The notes under the pieces were generated by a model. That model was not told where the DNA came from. It saw nothing but the letters and a program-made list of their open reading frames with translations, and did no database searches. A stretch of 62,056 bases of DNA, the filler included, from Squatina squatina (lineage: Eukaryota), in the NCBI GenBank assembly GCA_031763465.1. It is 3 parts of 3 records of this genome, joined end to end, with 100 filler letters (N's around TTAATTAATTAA, not from the genome) between each part and the next. Parts side by side here need not be neighbours in the genome. Positions count along the whole stretch, not along the records: positions 41,596 to 62,056 come from JARFOE010000004.1; 2 more parts are not named here. One strand, given 5' to 3'. The translations under genes were made by a program, and so were the position numbers. This document shows, piece by piece, positions 49,374 through 61,049 of the stretch. Positions within the stretch are counted from its first letter, which is position 1; each line of letters begins with the position of its first letter.

Positions 49374-50157
49374 GAATCCACACATTATAGATCACCCCAT
49401 TATAGAACACAACTGTTATAGAACCCACCCATTATAGAACCCGTCCATTATATAGCCAACTGTTATACAACCCACCCATTATTGAACCCGCCCATTATAG
49501 AACACACCCGTTATAGACCCAACTGTTATAGAACCTGCCTGTTATAGAACCAGCTGTTATAGAATCCACCCATTATTGATCACCCCATTATAGATCATAA
49601 CTGTTATAGAACCCGCTCGTTATAGAACCCGCCCGTTATAGAACCAGCCCATATGGAACCCGCTCTTTGCAGAAACTTCTTTACAGAAACTGCCCGTCAT
49701 AGCACCCGCCCTTTACAGAACCTGCCCGTTATAGATCTCGCCTGTTACAGAGCCCACTCGTTATAGAACCCTCATTATAAAACCTGCTCATTATAGAACC
49801 TGCTCATTTTAGAACCTGTCCACTATAGAACCCATTCATTATAGAACCTGCCCATTACAGAACCTGCTCATTATAGAACCCACCCATTATTGAACCCGCC
49901 TGTTATCGAACTGGCCCATTATTGAACCCGCCCATTATCGAAACCACACATTATAGAACCCGTCCATTATAGAACCCGACCATATGGAACCCGCTCGTTA
50001 TAGACACCGTTCATTACATAAACTGCCCGTTATAGAACCCGCTCATTATAGAACCCGCCCGTTATAGAACCTTCCCATTATAGAACCAGCCCGTGATAGA
50101 ACCTGCTCATTATAAAAACTGTCCGCTATAGATCTCGCCTGTTATAGAGCCCACCTG
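49374..50157. repeat. 16-bp minisatellite, consensus ~TTATAGAACCCGCCCA/G, roughly 48 copies
   Basis: Tandem units are directly visible, e.g. ttatagaacccgctcg ttatagaacccgcccg ttatagaaccagccca. Confidence 0.95.
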
Positions 50158-51577
50158 ATCTTTGTTCTATTGATTCCAACGGGTTGAAAACTGGACGGTT
50201 TTTGGAACAGGCATTTAAAGTCTCACTAGTGATTAAATAAATAATCGTAGACTTACCACCAGTGTGACTTCATCCGTAAGCAGACGTCTTACAAAGCGAT
50301 GTCTTCTGACAAAAGTCATATCTCACTAAGATGTTACCTAACAGCCTGGACCCCTGCAGGGCGGGTAACAGTGGGTAAATGTGGTTGAATTAGTAGGTTT
50401 AATGAAAGTGTCAGATGAAAAAATAAAAATATGCTTTGTTATCCTTTTATGAGTTGCTGAGCCCTTAACATCTATGTGTTTAGATTTCCCTTCAGTTTTT
50501 GTATTAAATGTTGTTTCATGTGATTAAAACTGGCAGCAAGTAGCATGGCCTGGACACATGCTGATGTTTCCAAAAGGTTATTAATATCTTGCAGTGTTAC
50601 GACAGAATTATTACTGATTTTTAGTGATTAAGTATTGTCGAACATTATTAAGATTTTAAGATGGAAATTCTGGGATGCTCTTGAACTCCAAGGTGTAGTA
50701 GGACTCAGCTTTCCCTTTCAAATTTGTCAGATTTTGAGTTCCTAATCTCCAGGTCTGTCATCATTAGGAGATAGTTTCCAATGGAAAGGCATGAAAAATC
50801 AGGAATGGAATACTAAGATGCTCCTGCTCAGTTCCAAGAGCTGGCCACAGAACAGCCTTGGGAGTAGGTTCTCACCCATCCTCTCAGCCAAGGGTGATAC
50901 AGGGCACAAGTACATCGCAAAGAGGAGAAAAAAGAAAAAGAAATTCTGGATTGCACATCATTTAAGTGCTTTGGAAATGATGAGTATGCTATACAGGAAG
51001 GTTACAGTGCAAAGACTGAAGAATACAAGCACTGCTTATCTATTCTTTCACAAAAAAATTATTTATCCCCATCATTATTTCACAAAAGCCAATTGTTTAA
51101 TGATGGAAAATTCCTCCTAAACACCTATGATCTGTCACTTAAATGCTTATGTTGTGCTTGTAACTATTGCATTCATTTCATTCTTGAGCTTTAAATATAA
51201 ATTAAGTCCAAGTCTTCCTGATCCTGTGGGTTTAATGCTGATTAATTACCTCTTGCTCTCGCTGTGACCCAGTGCTACTACACATCATTTGAATGGAAGC
51301 TAGTTCTGTTCTTCTCAACCGCAAAAGCCTTATTACAAAACCAATACCAGCCCACTGACAAAAGAGTTTACAATCTCTGGATAATAGATATCACATTTAA
51401 ACTACCACAAAGACTGAAGGGACAATTTGCAGGCCTCATTGCCTGGCCCTCTGAGGTTAGCCCAAAGAGCAGGNNNNNNNNNNNNNNNNNNNNNNNNNNN
51501 NNNNNNNNNNNNNNNNNNNNNNNNNNNNNNNNNNNNNNNNNNNNNNNNNNNNNNNNNNNNNNNNNNNNNNNNNCACA

Positions 51578-51723
51578 GGGCCTCGAAAGATGGCACCTCA
51601 TACAGTGCAGCATTCCCTCAGCACTGCACTGGAATGTCAGCCTAGGTTTTTGTGCCCAAGTCTCTACAGTGGGACTTGAACCCACAACCTTCTGATTCAG
51701 GGGCAAGAGTGCTAACCACTGAG
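51578..51723 (-). mobile_element. Deu-SINE 5' half
   Basis: Reverse complement: ctcagtggttagcactcttgcccctgaatcagaaggttgtgggttcaagtcccact...cagtgcagtgctgagggaatgctgcactg. Confidence 0.85.
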
Positions 51724-51769
51724 GATGACCAATATGGTGCATGGCAGCGGAGAGCTTGGAGGTGAGAGG

Positions 51770-51820
51770 TCATGTGATGAAACCTCCAGGAATGTATCCA
51801 ATCAGGATTGGCAACTCTAA
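51770..51820 (-). mobile_element. hAT-like MITE end, copy 2
   Basis: catgtgatgaaacctccaggaatgtatccaatcaggattggcaactcta; homologous to 1640-1690. Confidence 0.5.
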
Positions 51821-52824
51821 AAGCTCGAGTTTCTACAGAGACCAGCAGCAACCACGGAGGTAGCTGTCTCAGGGCAGGATGCAGGAATAAGCACTAAATT
51901 AAAAGCACCTTTACACCTAACAGACAAAGGAGACTTTAATCATTCTGGACTGGATCTGAGCCCAGGTCCTGGAGGTCAAAGGCTAATTTCTAACCCACTG
52001 CGCCATCCAGCTCTTTAATAAAAATCATAACCAGATGAGGAGGTTAATTAAACTTTAAGTGTCCTTGAGAATATGGTGGAGGAAATATCTCTTTTCTTTC
52101 CATTTAATTACAATGAAAATATATAATAATTCAGAAAGAAAGTTAAAATGCCCATTAAAATGTATTGATTTTTTTTTAAGTATCCATTAATGCATGGAGG
52201 AATATGTCACTCCCAACTCCTGGAGATTAATCTTCTCACTGCTTCAAAAGTGTGACCTACCAAAGCAGCAAACCATTTACATAATGAATTCTGTTAATTT
52301 TGAATTAATGGGAATGGACTGCCAATTTGAATTAGTGTGATGCCTCAGAAAAATAGGAGAGTGTAACCTTATAAAAATGGATTAAATCAATCTAGAAAAA
52401 AGAACAATGTTCACAAAAAAACCCATATGAAAAGCAGCACTACTAAAATGCACTCCAAATATTTCAAAAAACACAGAAAGACAACGAACAAGCTTGTAAA
52501 TCTGTGGAGCCCTCTGTGCTCCCACTCCAAAAAGACACACAAGGAAAAGTCCTGCAGAATTGTGCTAGGTGATCTCTTCAAATATTTCTGATTCAAATAT
52601 GTGGCCCTAATGAAGTTAGTGCAAGAAATGGACACAGGAATTTTAGTTCACTAAAAGTAGAAAGCACTTAATTGCAATCTCGAAAAATAATTCAGTAATC
52701 TCCAACAGCTGGGCACCTACTTGCCTGACACGTCCGATGGTAGTGGGTTATCGTTGATATTTACTTACAAAGTCAGTTACAGGACAAGTGCATTGGCCCA
52801 GTTGTATCTTTTATTTATTTTTTC

Positions 52825-52861
52825 ATCAGAGCCCCAGGACATCGCTGCAGGAGTTCCTCAG
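52825..52861 (+). mobile_element. LINE RT fragment cut by a gap
   Basis: PQDIAAGVPQ (GVPQG motif). Confidence 0.6.
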
Positions 52862-54319
52862 NNNNNNNNNNNNNNNNNNNNNNNNNNNNNNNNNNNNNNN
52901 NNNNNNNNNNNNNNNNNNNNNNNNNNNNNNNNNNNNNNNNNNNNNNNNNNNNNNNNNNNNNCCACACAACTGCCATCTGCAGCCATTGCTTGTCATGAGC
53001 CCCGCATACTTGCTTTTGATGTGTTTCAGATTCCTCGGCTCATCAGCCAAAGAATTACATTGTATGAGCTAACTCTCAAGACAGCAGGTTCCTGCTCCTC
53101 CTCTGCAACTGGCAGCTGCTTCAGCTCACTTGTACCCTATGCTTTCTGGGCATTCAGTACTTCAAGGCTGATTGGTGGGCGGGCTTATTTTAAGTGTGAT
53201 AGGTGCTTACTAAACTGAACTAAGAGAATGGCGCAGTGTATTCTTTTAGCTTGGTCATTAAAGGTGTAATTCTGCAGTATTGGTAATATGTTTACAGGAG
53301 CAGTTTATCAATAGGCCCTGAACTGAATGTCTTTATGAATCATATTGTCATTATGACATCATTAAATAACCTCATCATCAAGCTAATTGCCACACGAAAG
53401 GTGTCCCATTGCAGTTGATCATCAAGCAGAAGCTAACTTGTATTTAACTACTTGATTGCTAAAGTCTTTAAAAAGTCATTAAATTTGTTAGTGTTTTCAT
53501 TTCAAAACCATTTCAATATTGCATTTTCCTGCTTTAATTATGATTTCTAGGATGGTTCTCTCTTCAATTATTTATTTCTTCCTAAGGGAAATTATATCAG
53601 ACTGTAACGAATGCATCCATCTAACACTTTGACTAAGCTATGAGAGGATCATAAGCACAAGATTGTTTTGTCTCTCTACCTGGCACGGCATGATGGTACA
53701 TCAGTGCTTTGAACCGTCATGCTGGCTTCACTGGCACTTTTAATAAACACCATCACATTTTGTATTATAAATAATAGATTAGAAATTACTGCTGCCTGTA
53801 TTATTACACAATTGCTTAGTGTGCTCATAACAAATTCCTATCTCCTTTTTTAACGGAGAGCTAAAACTGGTTTAATGTGGATAGGCTTTGATGCTTTAAA
53901 ATAGCAGAAAGGGTCATTTGGTAGAAGTGTTCATGGGATAACGTCACCGACAGTCATTTCTTTCTACCCTCAGGCTTTTTGCTGTAAGTATGGCATTAAA
54001 ACCCTTTAATAGATTAAACCAAGGTCATCATATTTGCAGGAGTTTTCAGAAGAAAATTACATTTTTTTAACTGCTTGGGGATTTTTCTGGACCTGCTGTG
54101 TGTTTGCATCATTTTCTGTTTTTGTTTCAGATCCAACATTTGCAGCTTTTTGTTAGGAATTTTTCCCTTTTATTCTCACTAATAAAAAAATGTTCTTCCC
54201 TCCCCTCCATAATTGAAAGCCTGGAGTGTTTCCTGTAGTAAAGTATGCGTGCTGGGCACCCTCCACAACTTTGCCGTTCTTCATGTGTCAGCTTAGATGG
54301 TGGGTGTCAGCAGGATCAA

Positions 54320-54432
54320 CACAAGGACTGTAGCGGTTCAAGAAGGAAGCTCACCAGCACCTTCTCAAGCATCACAGCCAAAGCCTCCCCTGCCTTCAGA
54401 TGATGCTCACCCACATGCATTTCAAAGGGGAA
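54320..54432 (+). mobile_element. LINE/SINE 3' end
   Basis: ggactgtagcggttcaagaaggaagctcaccagcaccttctcaag...gatgctcacccacatg, a recalled chondrichthyan retroposon tail. Confidence 0.55.
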
Positions 54433-56619
54433 NNNNNNNNNNNNNNNNNNNNNNNNNNNNNNNNNNNNNNNNNNNNNNNNNNNNNNNNNNNNNNNNNNNN
54501 NNNNNNNNNNNNNNNNNNNNNNNNNNNNNNNNAGGCTGTAAAACGGAGGAGAATTTTTATTCATTGCTCGTTGCACAACCCATCTCATCTAGTCATCTGT
54601 GTTTTTCCTTGTCAAAAACTTAAAGCATGTCTTGGCACGATGAACTTAGCAACTCCTATTACTATAGAGTAACACTCAACCACCTTCCTTAGTTTATTTT
54701 GTTTTCATTAGGTTCTTAGAAGAGAAAACAAATTCTGTTCATCCTATTCTATATTCACTGGTTACAAAGTAGAAAAAAATTAGAAGTGGTAATTATAGTA
54801 TGCGTTCGGGACACTGGGAACTTTAATGCAGAGATTCTGGCTGCTGGTTTCATTTGCTATTGTTTACTCAAATAAAAACAAATGAATACATAGTTAATAA
54901 ACTAAAAAATTATGATATTCATATAGTCTGAAGCCGTCCCCCCTCTTCTAATGGCAATTGAAAATAGGTTATTGTGCTCGTACTTGAAGCAATGCAAAGA
55001 ATGTTGGGAGTTAAGAACATAAGATATCATGAAACAAGAAAAGGATATTGAGCTCCTTCCACAATCTAACCTGTCATGGACATATTACCTATGTAATATC
55101 CTGAGGAGAAATTGTGCATAAGTACTCCCTGATCCCCAAAGGTAATCTAACAGAAGTACAGAAGATTCATCCATCTTTACGTCTTCATTACTCAACCCCA
55201 GTCTGCTGTCTTCCACAGACAACCTCCTGCTTTCTAGAATCAGGAGTTACCATGTCCTATGAGGCATTTGATCATTTTATTTTATGCACGTCGCTCTCCG
55301 TATAATTTCTAATCTATCCCCAAACAGATATTTGTCCAGCTTTTTGAAGGTATTCGTGAACACAATATCTAAAACAGCCCAGGAAAAGTGAAACCCAAAA
55401 AGCAAATAAACTTCTAAAAAATGGTTAGAAGTTCAAATAATTGTAAGATTTTGCATTCGATTTGAAGCCACTATTCTAGTCTTCTTTTGAGGAAATGTTA
55501 AAGACCTGTGTCTAGAAAATCTGATGTTGGGATCAACAACAGACTGCAAAGAGTTTTCTCTTTGTGCAATGTTTTTAATGAAACCCTTTTTTTTGTCATC
55601 TATTTTCTCCATTTTTCCTTGGTTTTCCTCAATCCTTGCATCACCTGAGACTCAGAAGTCATACAAGTAACTTGCTCCCAGAATTTCCAAGTGCCGTTCA
55701 AAACCTGGCTACTGCGAAGAGCACAAATGCATTTGAGTAATGGGGCTCTATGAATTTCCTTGGGTGAGCATGTCGACTTTACTTGGTGCTTTCTCACGAA
55801 AAAAATGTCAGAGATCAGGAACTCAGCAGGCTAAAGAATTACAGGGACCTAGCGACATCTCTCATGTTATTGCATCCTACTCAGGCAGACTTGAAGATCT
55901 AGATTTAATTATCATTGTGAGTTCAGGTACTAATTTGTTTTCTAATAAAGGGTAATTTCAAAATGTATGCCCTCTTTAGGGAACTACACCTTCTGAGAGT
56001 GCATAGTCGAAATATGGGTGCAAATAGGGTGAGATTACCATATAATTCTATGTAATGGAGTGATTTGTTCAACTGATCACTCTGCTCTGATTTACAATAC
56101 ATATTACAATGTTTATTTTTTTAATGCAACAGTGCTGTCTTAATTCTTCCAAACAGAGGTCCAGCAAAACACCTCCAACTACCATCAATTGTTCTCTTCT
56201 GAAAGTACTGCTACCTTGTCTCTAATTGCTTGTCACATGAAACATGTGGCTATCCACTTATATTCCTGCCACTAGCGCCCAGATTGTTTATTATTTTCTA
56301 ATCTTTTTTTTACATATCTGATGCTACTTTATCAGTAAAGAAAGACAATTCACTTTAAATTGCTTTGACTTGAGATAATCTTGATTAAATTCTCACAAAA
56401 GAGTTTCTAACATAAGAACTTGTGCTTGTTATCTTAAAGTAATTATGAAATGCGCCTTTGCAGATAATGAGAAAAGTGCCCTTATTAAACTTCATAGAAT
56501 ACTTGAACTCTCTGCCAACGAAACTTTTAATTAAGAACAAAGAGAATTTGAAAGCAGGCCTGTTTTATGCTGTTCACTCCCATGATTGCCCTGCTGCTCA
56601 GAGAGATTCAGTTTGCACA

Positions 56620-56944
56620 AATTATTTTAAAGTCGCGCTGCACGGCGCCACCTTCCTAATGTTTTTGCCTGTGTTCAGACCTTGATGAAGAAAGGTTTCA
56701 ACCTAGACAGGAGGACAAGGACTTTGGGCACCCGCTTGGTCCCTCAGCACCAGCACTAAATGGGTGCAGAATGGGCATTAGGGGACTAACGCCCATTTTT
56801 GGCGCTAATCGCTAAGACACAAAATTAGTTTCCCGTTAACGCCGGCACTAAATGGGCGTTAATGCGGGCGCGCTGGAAATGTTGCACTGGGCATAAAATG
56901 GACCTGCTGACGTCATCAAGGGCGCAGCACCCAAAATAGCTGCC
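56620..56944. mobile_element. CpG-rich non-autonomous DNA transposon fragment (Harbinger-like)
   Basis: Short CpG-rich stretch with repeated aatgggcg/cgcccatt motifs in an AT-rich context, ending at a gap. Confidence 0.4.
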
Positions 56945-58319
56945 NNNNNNNNNNNNNNNNNNNNNNNNNNNNNNNNNNNNNNNNNNNNNNNNNNNNNNNN
57001 NNNNNNNNNNNNNNNNNNNNNNNNNNNNNNNNNNNNNNNNNNNNTAAGTAAGATGTATGACAGTTGCTTCCAGTGGAGATAATTACCACAAAACTTGGCT
57101 GGAACTAGTGTTGAGGTCTGCTGTTTGACAAAGGATCCCAAACAGGTGATTGACATGCTGCTGAGCTGTCAGCTGCTCAGTGCTCCACCCAAGTAAACAG
57201 TAAACATACTGTACTGCTCTGAACAAAACCAATCTCTGATTATTTACATATAACCTGTTAAAAGATTAATTTATTTTTTTATTATGCCTGAATCCAAGAT
57301 TAAACTATCTGCTTATGTATTTATACTGTCACATATTTTTCATATTGTTTTGAATTAATATTGGAATGCTTGCTGTGTATTATGTAAGTTGTATTTTACA
57401 CTACTGTATATGCAAAATTTTCTGTGTGTATATAATGGAATTCATCAATAGAGTGAAAATAAATGCATTATCAACTGTAAAAATCTTTTTGCTGTAGTTA
57501 TTGTCGATATATTTTGTGCTGCCACCAGTTAAGTTGTTCTTGGCTACCTCTCCAGTGGAATCGCATTAGCACAATTTTCTCACGCAAATAATGAATTCAG
57601 TTGAGGCAGAGATGATTCAAAAGCATGGAGAGAATGCGCTCAAGTGGAACTTATAAAATTGAAGTAGAACTTTTAATCGAGGCACCAATCTTTTGAGTGC
57701 TGGAAAACCAGTGCCTGAATTTATGTTGAACTGAGGAGTAGTGTTATTATCATATATTACGAGGACAAATTTTTGTGTATTCTGCTCATCATTTTTCTTC
57801 TTCCTTTTAGAAATTCTAAATCCAGAAGCCTTTCTCCCCTCCAGGGATGGTCCCAGGAAGATCAAAGCATTAGCCCAGGTGACATAGCCAGATTTCAACA
57901 TTCCCCTTCACTAATAGAGACATTGACAGTGAGGAGTCAGATACAGATAGAAATGACAGCCATGCCAACACGAAAGAGGATCACACGTCTCCAGGAAAAA
58001 TAAAGAGCAGCCAACTTACTTTGAAGAATCTGAGCAGCCCTGAGGTAAATCATTCAACAAGAATTCAGGATTCAAAAAAACAGGGGAAGAAATGCACTGT
58101 AGCCGAGTACTGAAATAAATAACAGGCTCAGGCAGAGATAGAATTTACAATCACTGAAGGAAATGATAATTTGTCAAATGAAGGCAAAGTAGGTAATCAA
58201 CATAATGGCCTATTTCATTTTGAGCTGGAATATTGGATTCTCTAATAGATTTTAACACTGAAGCTGTGAAATATTTATTGAAGTGGTTAATTTTCCACTG
58301 ATTAGAATTTTTTAACACT

Positions 58320-58760
58320 TTTTTCTTCTCGCCTTTCCTGAAGCCAGTGATATGTTCACATGGCCCATTGAGCAGCCCAACAGCATCTTGCCCAAGTGCC
58401 TATTCTTCAAAGGGCTGATTACACAATTGGGAGCTCCCAGTGACAAACAGTGCTCACAGGGAGCACTGTTCTGGTATCACAGGCCTGCAGCGCCTGAAGC
58501 AGTGAGGCGAGAGAATAAGCCTTTAATTGTGAACCTAGACAGTGGTCAGGATGTTCCTCAGGTCCGCACCCACTCCGTCGCCATAACTTCACTGGAAGTG
58601 TGACGGAAACCCTAGCCAGCGAGTTTCAACGTGTTATTCGACAACGGATGGCATTATAGGTGACCCTAATCATGTCCTCACCAAAAATTCACCAGTTCAT
58701 TCTTTTCAGCTAGGGTTAGGGAAAGAAAAAATCAGCCGCGTTCCTGCTTCCGAAAGCTAT
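58320..58760 (-). mobile_element. Decayed SINE
   Basis: ttgcccaagtgcctattcttca...tgtgaacctagacagtg...tattcgac...tgtcctcacc; a related relic lies at ~54190-54315. Confidence 0.5.
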
Positions 58761-58834
58761 TGATTTAGTACTGTGCTTACTGTCCAAGGTAAATTTTCTA
58801 CTTAAATCTCCATTATCCATTCCTCTCATTCTAT

Positions 58835-59148
58835 CCTGAGAGTTGGGAGCAGAGTGGAGAGAGAGAGGCTGCCGGTAAGTGCTTTAAAAAGCGTGGTCTT
58901 TGTTTTCACAGGCCTGAGAGTCGGGAGCGGAGTGGAGAGAGAGAGAGAGGCTGCCGGTAAGTGCTTTAAAAAGCGCGCTCTTTGTTTTTACAGGCCTGAG
59001 AGTCGGGAGCGGAGTGGAGAGAGAGAGGCTGCCGGTAAGTGCTTTAACAAGCGCGGTCTTTGTTTTCAAAGACCTGAGAGTCGGGAGCAGAGTGGAGAGA
59101 GAGGCTGCCGGTAAGTAATTTAAAAAGCGCGGTCTTTGTTTTCACAGG
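58835..59148 (+). repeat. Four-copy 76-82-bp tandem repeat with an internal (GA)n tract
   Basis: Units start at 58835, 58913, 58995 and 59073: cctgagagtcgggagcggagtg(ga)nggctgccggtaagtgctttaaaaagcgcggtctttgttttcacagg. Confidence 0.97.
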
Positions 59149-59165
59149 CTAGCCCATTTCACAGA

Positions 59166-59232
59166 CATAGAAACATAGAAAAATAGGTGCAGGAGTAGGC
59201 CATTCGGCCCTTCGAGCCTGCACCGCCATTCA
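59166..59232 (-). mobile_element. Young CR1 LINE 3' end
   Basis: Same sequence as 47883-47955. Confidence 0.9.
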
Positions 59233-59437
59233 NNNNNNNNNNNNNNNNNNNNNNNNNNNNNNNNNNNNNNNNNNNNNNNNNNNNNNNNNNNNNNNNNNNN
59301 NNNNNNNNNNNNNNNNNNNNNNNNNNNNNNNNAACAGGTCATTGCTGCTGATGGTGGGGATCGGGGTGGGGAGTTGAAAAGGAAGAGGAAATCTGAATCA
59401 AAGAGCATGTTCAAAATACAGAATGGCGTTATCTTAC

Positions 59438-59809
59438 TCTTGCGATCTGTGCTTCCTGCAGTTCTTGTAGCCTCTGTGCTCGAGCTTTGTGATCCAGTTT
59501 CTCAAATATTTTCACTTTTCCCAGCACCGACTTCTGTGTGCCACCTTCGCTCAATTCTTCGCTCTCCTCCACTTCCTCATCACTCAGAGGCCGTGCAGCC
59601 GGAGCAGGTGGTTTGACTGCCGCCCGAGCCCCGTAAGAGGGTTTTGAAGCTACGGGAGGGGGCTGTGGCTTGTATGGGGGAGCTTCCTGACTGCGGGGGT
59701 GCTCGCTGCTCCCAGGGCTTGGACTGCTGTATCGTGAATCGTGACCTCGATTGGAATCGTGGTACTGCCGGGGAGGCTCTTTCGCGTATGAGTGTACTTC
59801 AGCTTTCGG
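59438..59809 (-). CDS. TJP2: Tight junction protein ZO-2, 372-nt exon of the proline-rich C-terminal region
   Basis: tttttaatcccactaag|CCG...GCAAGA|gtaaga; phase 0/0, 124 codons, ending [11 protein letters not shown]...[32 protein letters not shown] (human ZO-2 as recalled: [32 protein letters not shown]). Confidence 0.95.
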
Positions 59810-60543
59810 CTTAGTGGGATTAAAAACATATACATTAAATGAAGATTAACTAACCATTGTTTTGAGTGTTAATGTGGTTTGTGAAGGGGCTTAGTAATTT
59901 ATAGCTGGAAGCATTAGGAACAGTTGTATGATCCCAGTGGGGAGTGGCACTCACAGCGAACATAGCTCAGGAAATTGCAGACTCACAGGCAATGACTTTA
60001 CATCTGCTGGGAGTATCAGATTGTGCATTTACATCTGTAGTTTAAAATCTCATTGCCAAATCTCCAAACATACTGCTTTGAGAGCAGTTCACTTAGGCAA
60101 ATGTGAATAAACTGATCTGATTTCATGGTTTCTGGAAGCTAGCAGAGTAATTACTATGTTCTGGTGTTAGTTTAGGACTTTATTTGATACAGCAGGCAAA
60201 CTGCATCATTCCAGAAAACACATCCACATCAGGTTGAAAATGATAAATTTTATTTCCCCTTTTCACAAAATGATCTCTAATCTTGAGGATAATAGATGTT
60301 CACTAATATTAAAATCAGGTTTCCAAATAAAAAAGTTGAGAAACTCAGAAGTGAAACCAGGACTAGTCCCTGGCAGCATCAGGCCATAGCTGCCCTTAAT
60401 TATAGCAATAACTGTCCCTTTTCCCCCCCAAAATATATTACTTNNNNNNNNNNNNNNNNNNNNNNNNNNNNNNNNNNNNNNNNNNNNNNNNNNNNNNNNN
60501 NNNNNNNNNNNNNNNNNNNNNNNNNNNNNNNNNNNNNNNNNNN

Positions 60544-61049
60544 GAGTAGTCAGCATGGACTTCAAAAGAGAAGGTCTTGCTTGACTAACCTTGTTGAATT
60601 CTTTGAAGAAGTAACAGAAAGAGTAGACAAGTTAATGTAGCAGATGTAATATATTTGGATTTTCAAAAGGCCTTCAATAAGGTACTGTATAGTACACTTG
60701 TGACTAATGTTCCCTCTAATTTTTGGGGGTTGCGCAGCCTCTTTAACAGGATGTGCGGCCCATTCAAGTTTTGGCGAATGCATGGTTTTCCATTTCAAAG
60801 CCGATGAGCTGGCTGTGCAGGGCCTCCAGGTTGTCAGGACTAATGTCAGAGCATGTAGAATCGGGGGACAAGTAGTAGAATGGATAGCAAGCTGGCTACA
60901 AAACCGGAAAAAGGGAGTAAGGGCTAAGAATAGCTACTCAGACTGGCAAGTTGCAGGAAATAGTGTTCTACAGGAATCAATAATAGGACTACTGTTGTTC
61001 ACAATTTACAGACACTATTTGTACTTGGGAATCGGAAGTACAATTCCAA
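60544..61049 (+). mobile_element. CR1 LINE RT fragment interrupted by a small insertion
   Basis: SQHGLQKRRSCLTNLVEFFEEVT, DVIYLDFQKAFNKV, [insert], WIASWLQNRK, PKFAANTK. Confidence 0.9.
60711..60837 (+). mobile_element. Short non-autonomous DNA element (hAT-like), copy 2, nested in CR1
   Basis: Flanked by the direct repeat GACTAATGT (60702-60710 and 60838-60846); junction reads tgttccctctaat. Confidence 0.65.

Noticed and set aside
49374-50157. CRISPR-like array (constant core plus variable part)
   Set aside because: The variable parts are only ~6 nt and related to each other, there are no cas genes, and the context is vertebrate. It is a minisatellite.
50257-50337. Minus-strand exon candidate ending GTG|gtaagt (possible TJP2 or neighbouring-gene exon)
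   Set aside because: No frame resembles the ZO-2 C-terminus or ENTREP1/FAM189A2 as I recall them.
56670-56710. Hammerhead ribozyme core (cttgatgaag...tttcaacctag)
   Set aside because: It lacks an intact CTGATGA and GAAAC with paired stems; no intact hammerhead was seen elsewhere in the window.
58835-59148. CRISPR array or coding repeat (ORFs 58854-59114, 58884-59069)
   Set aside because: No unique spacers; (GA)n length changes shift the frame between units.
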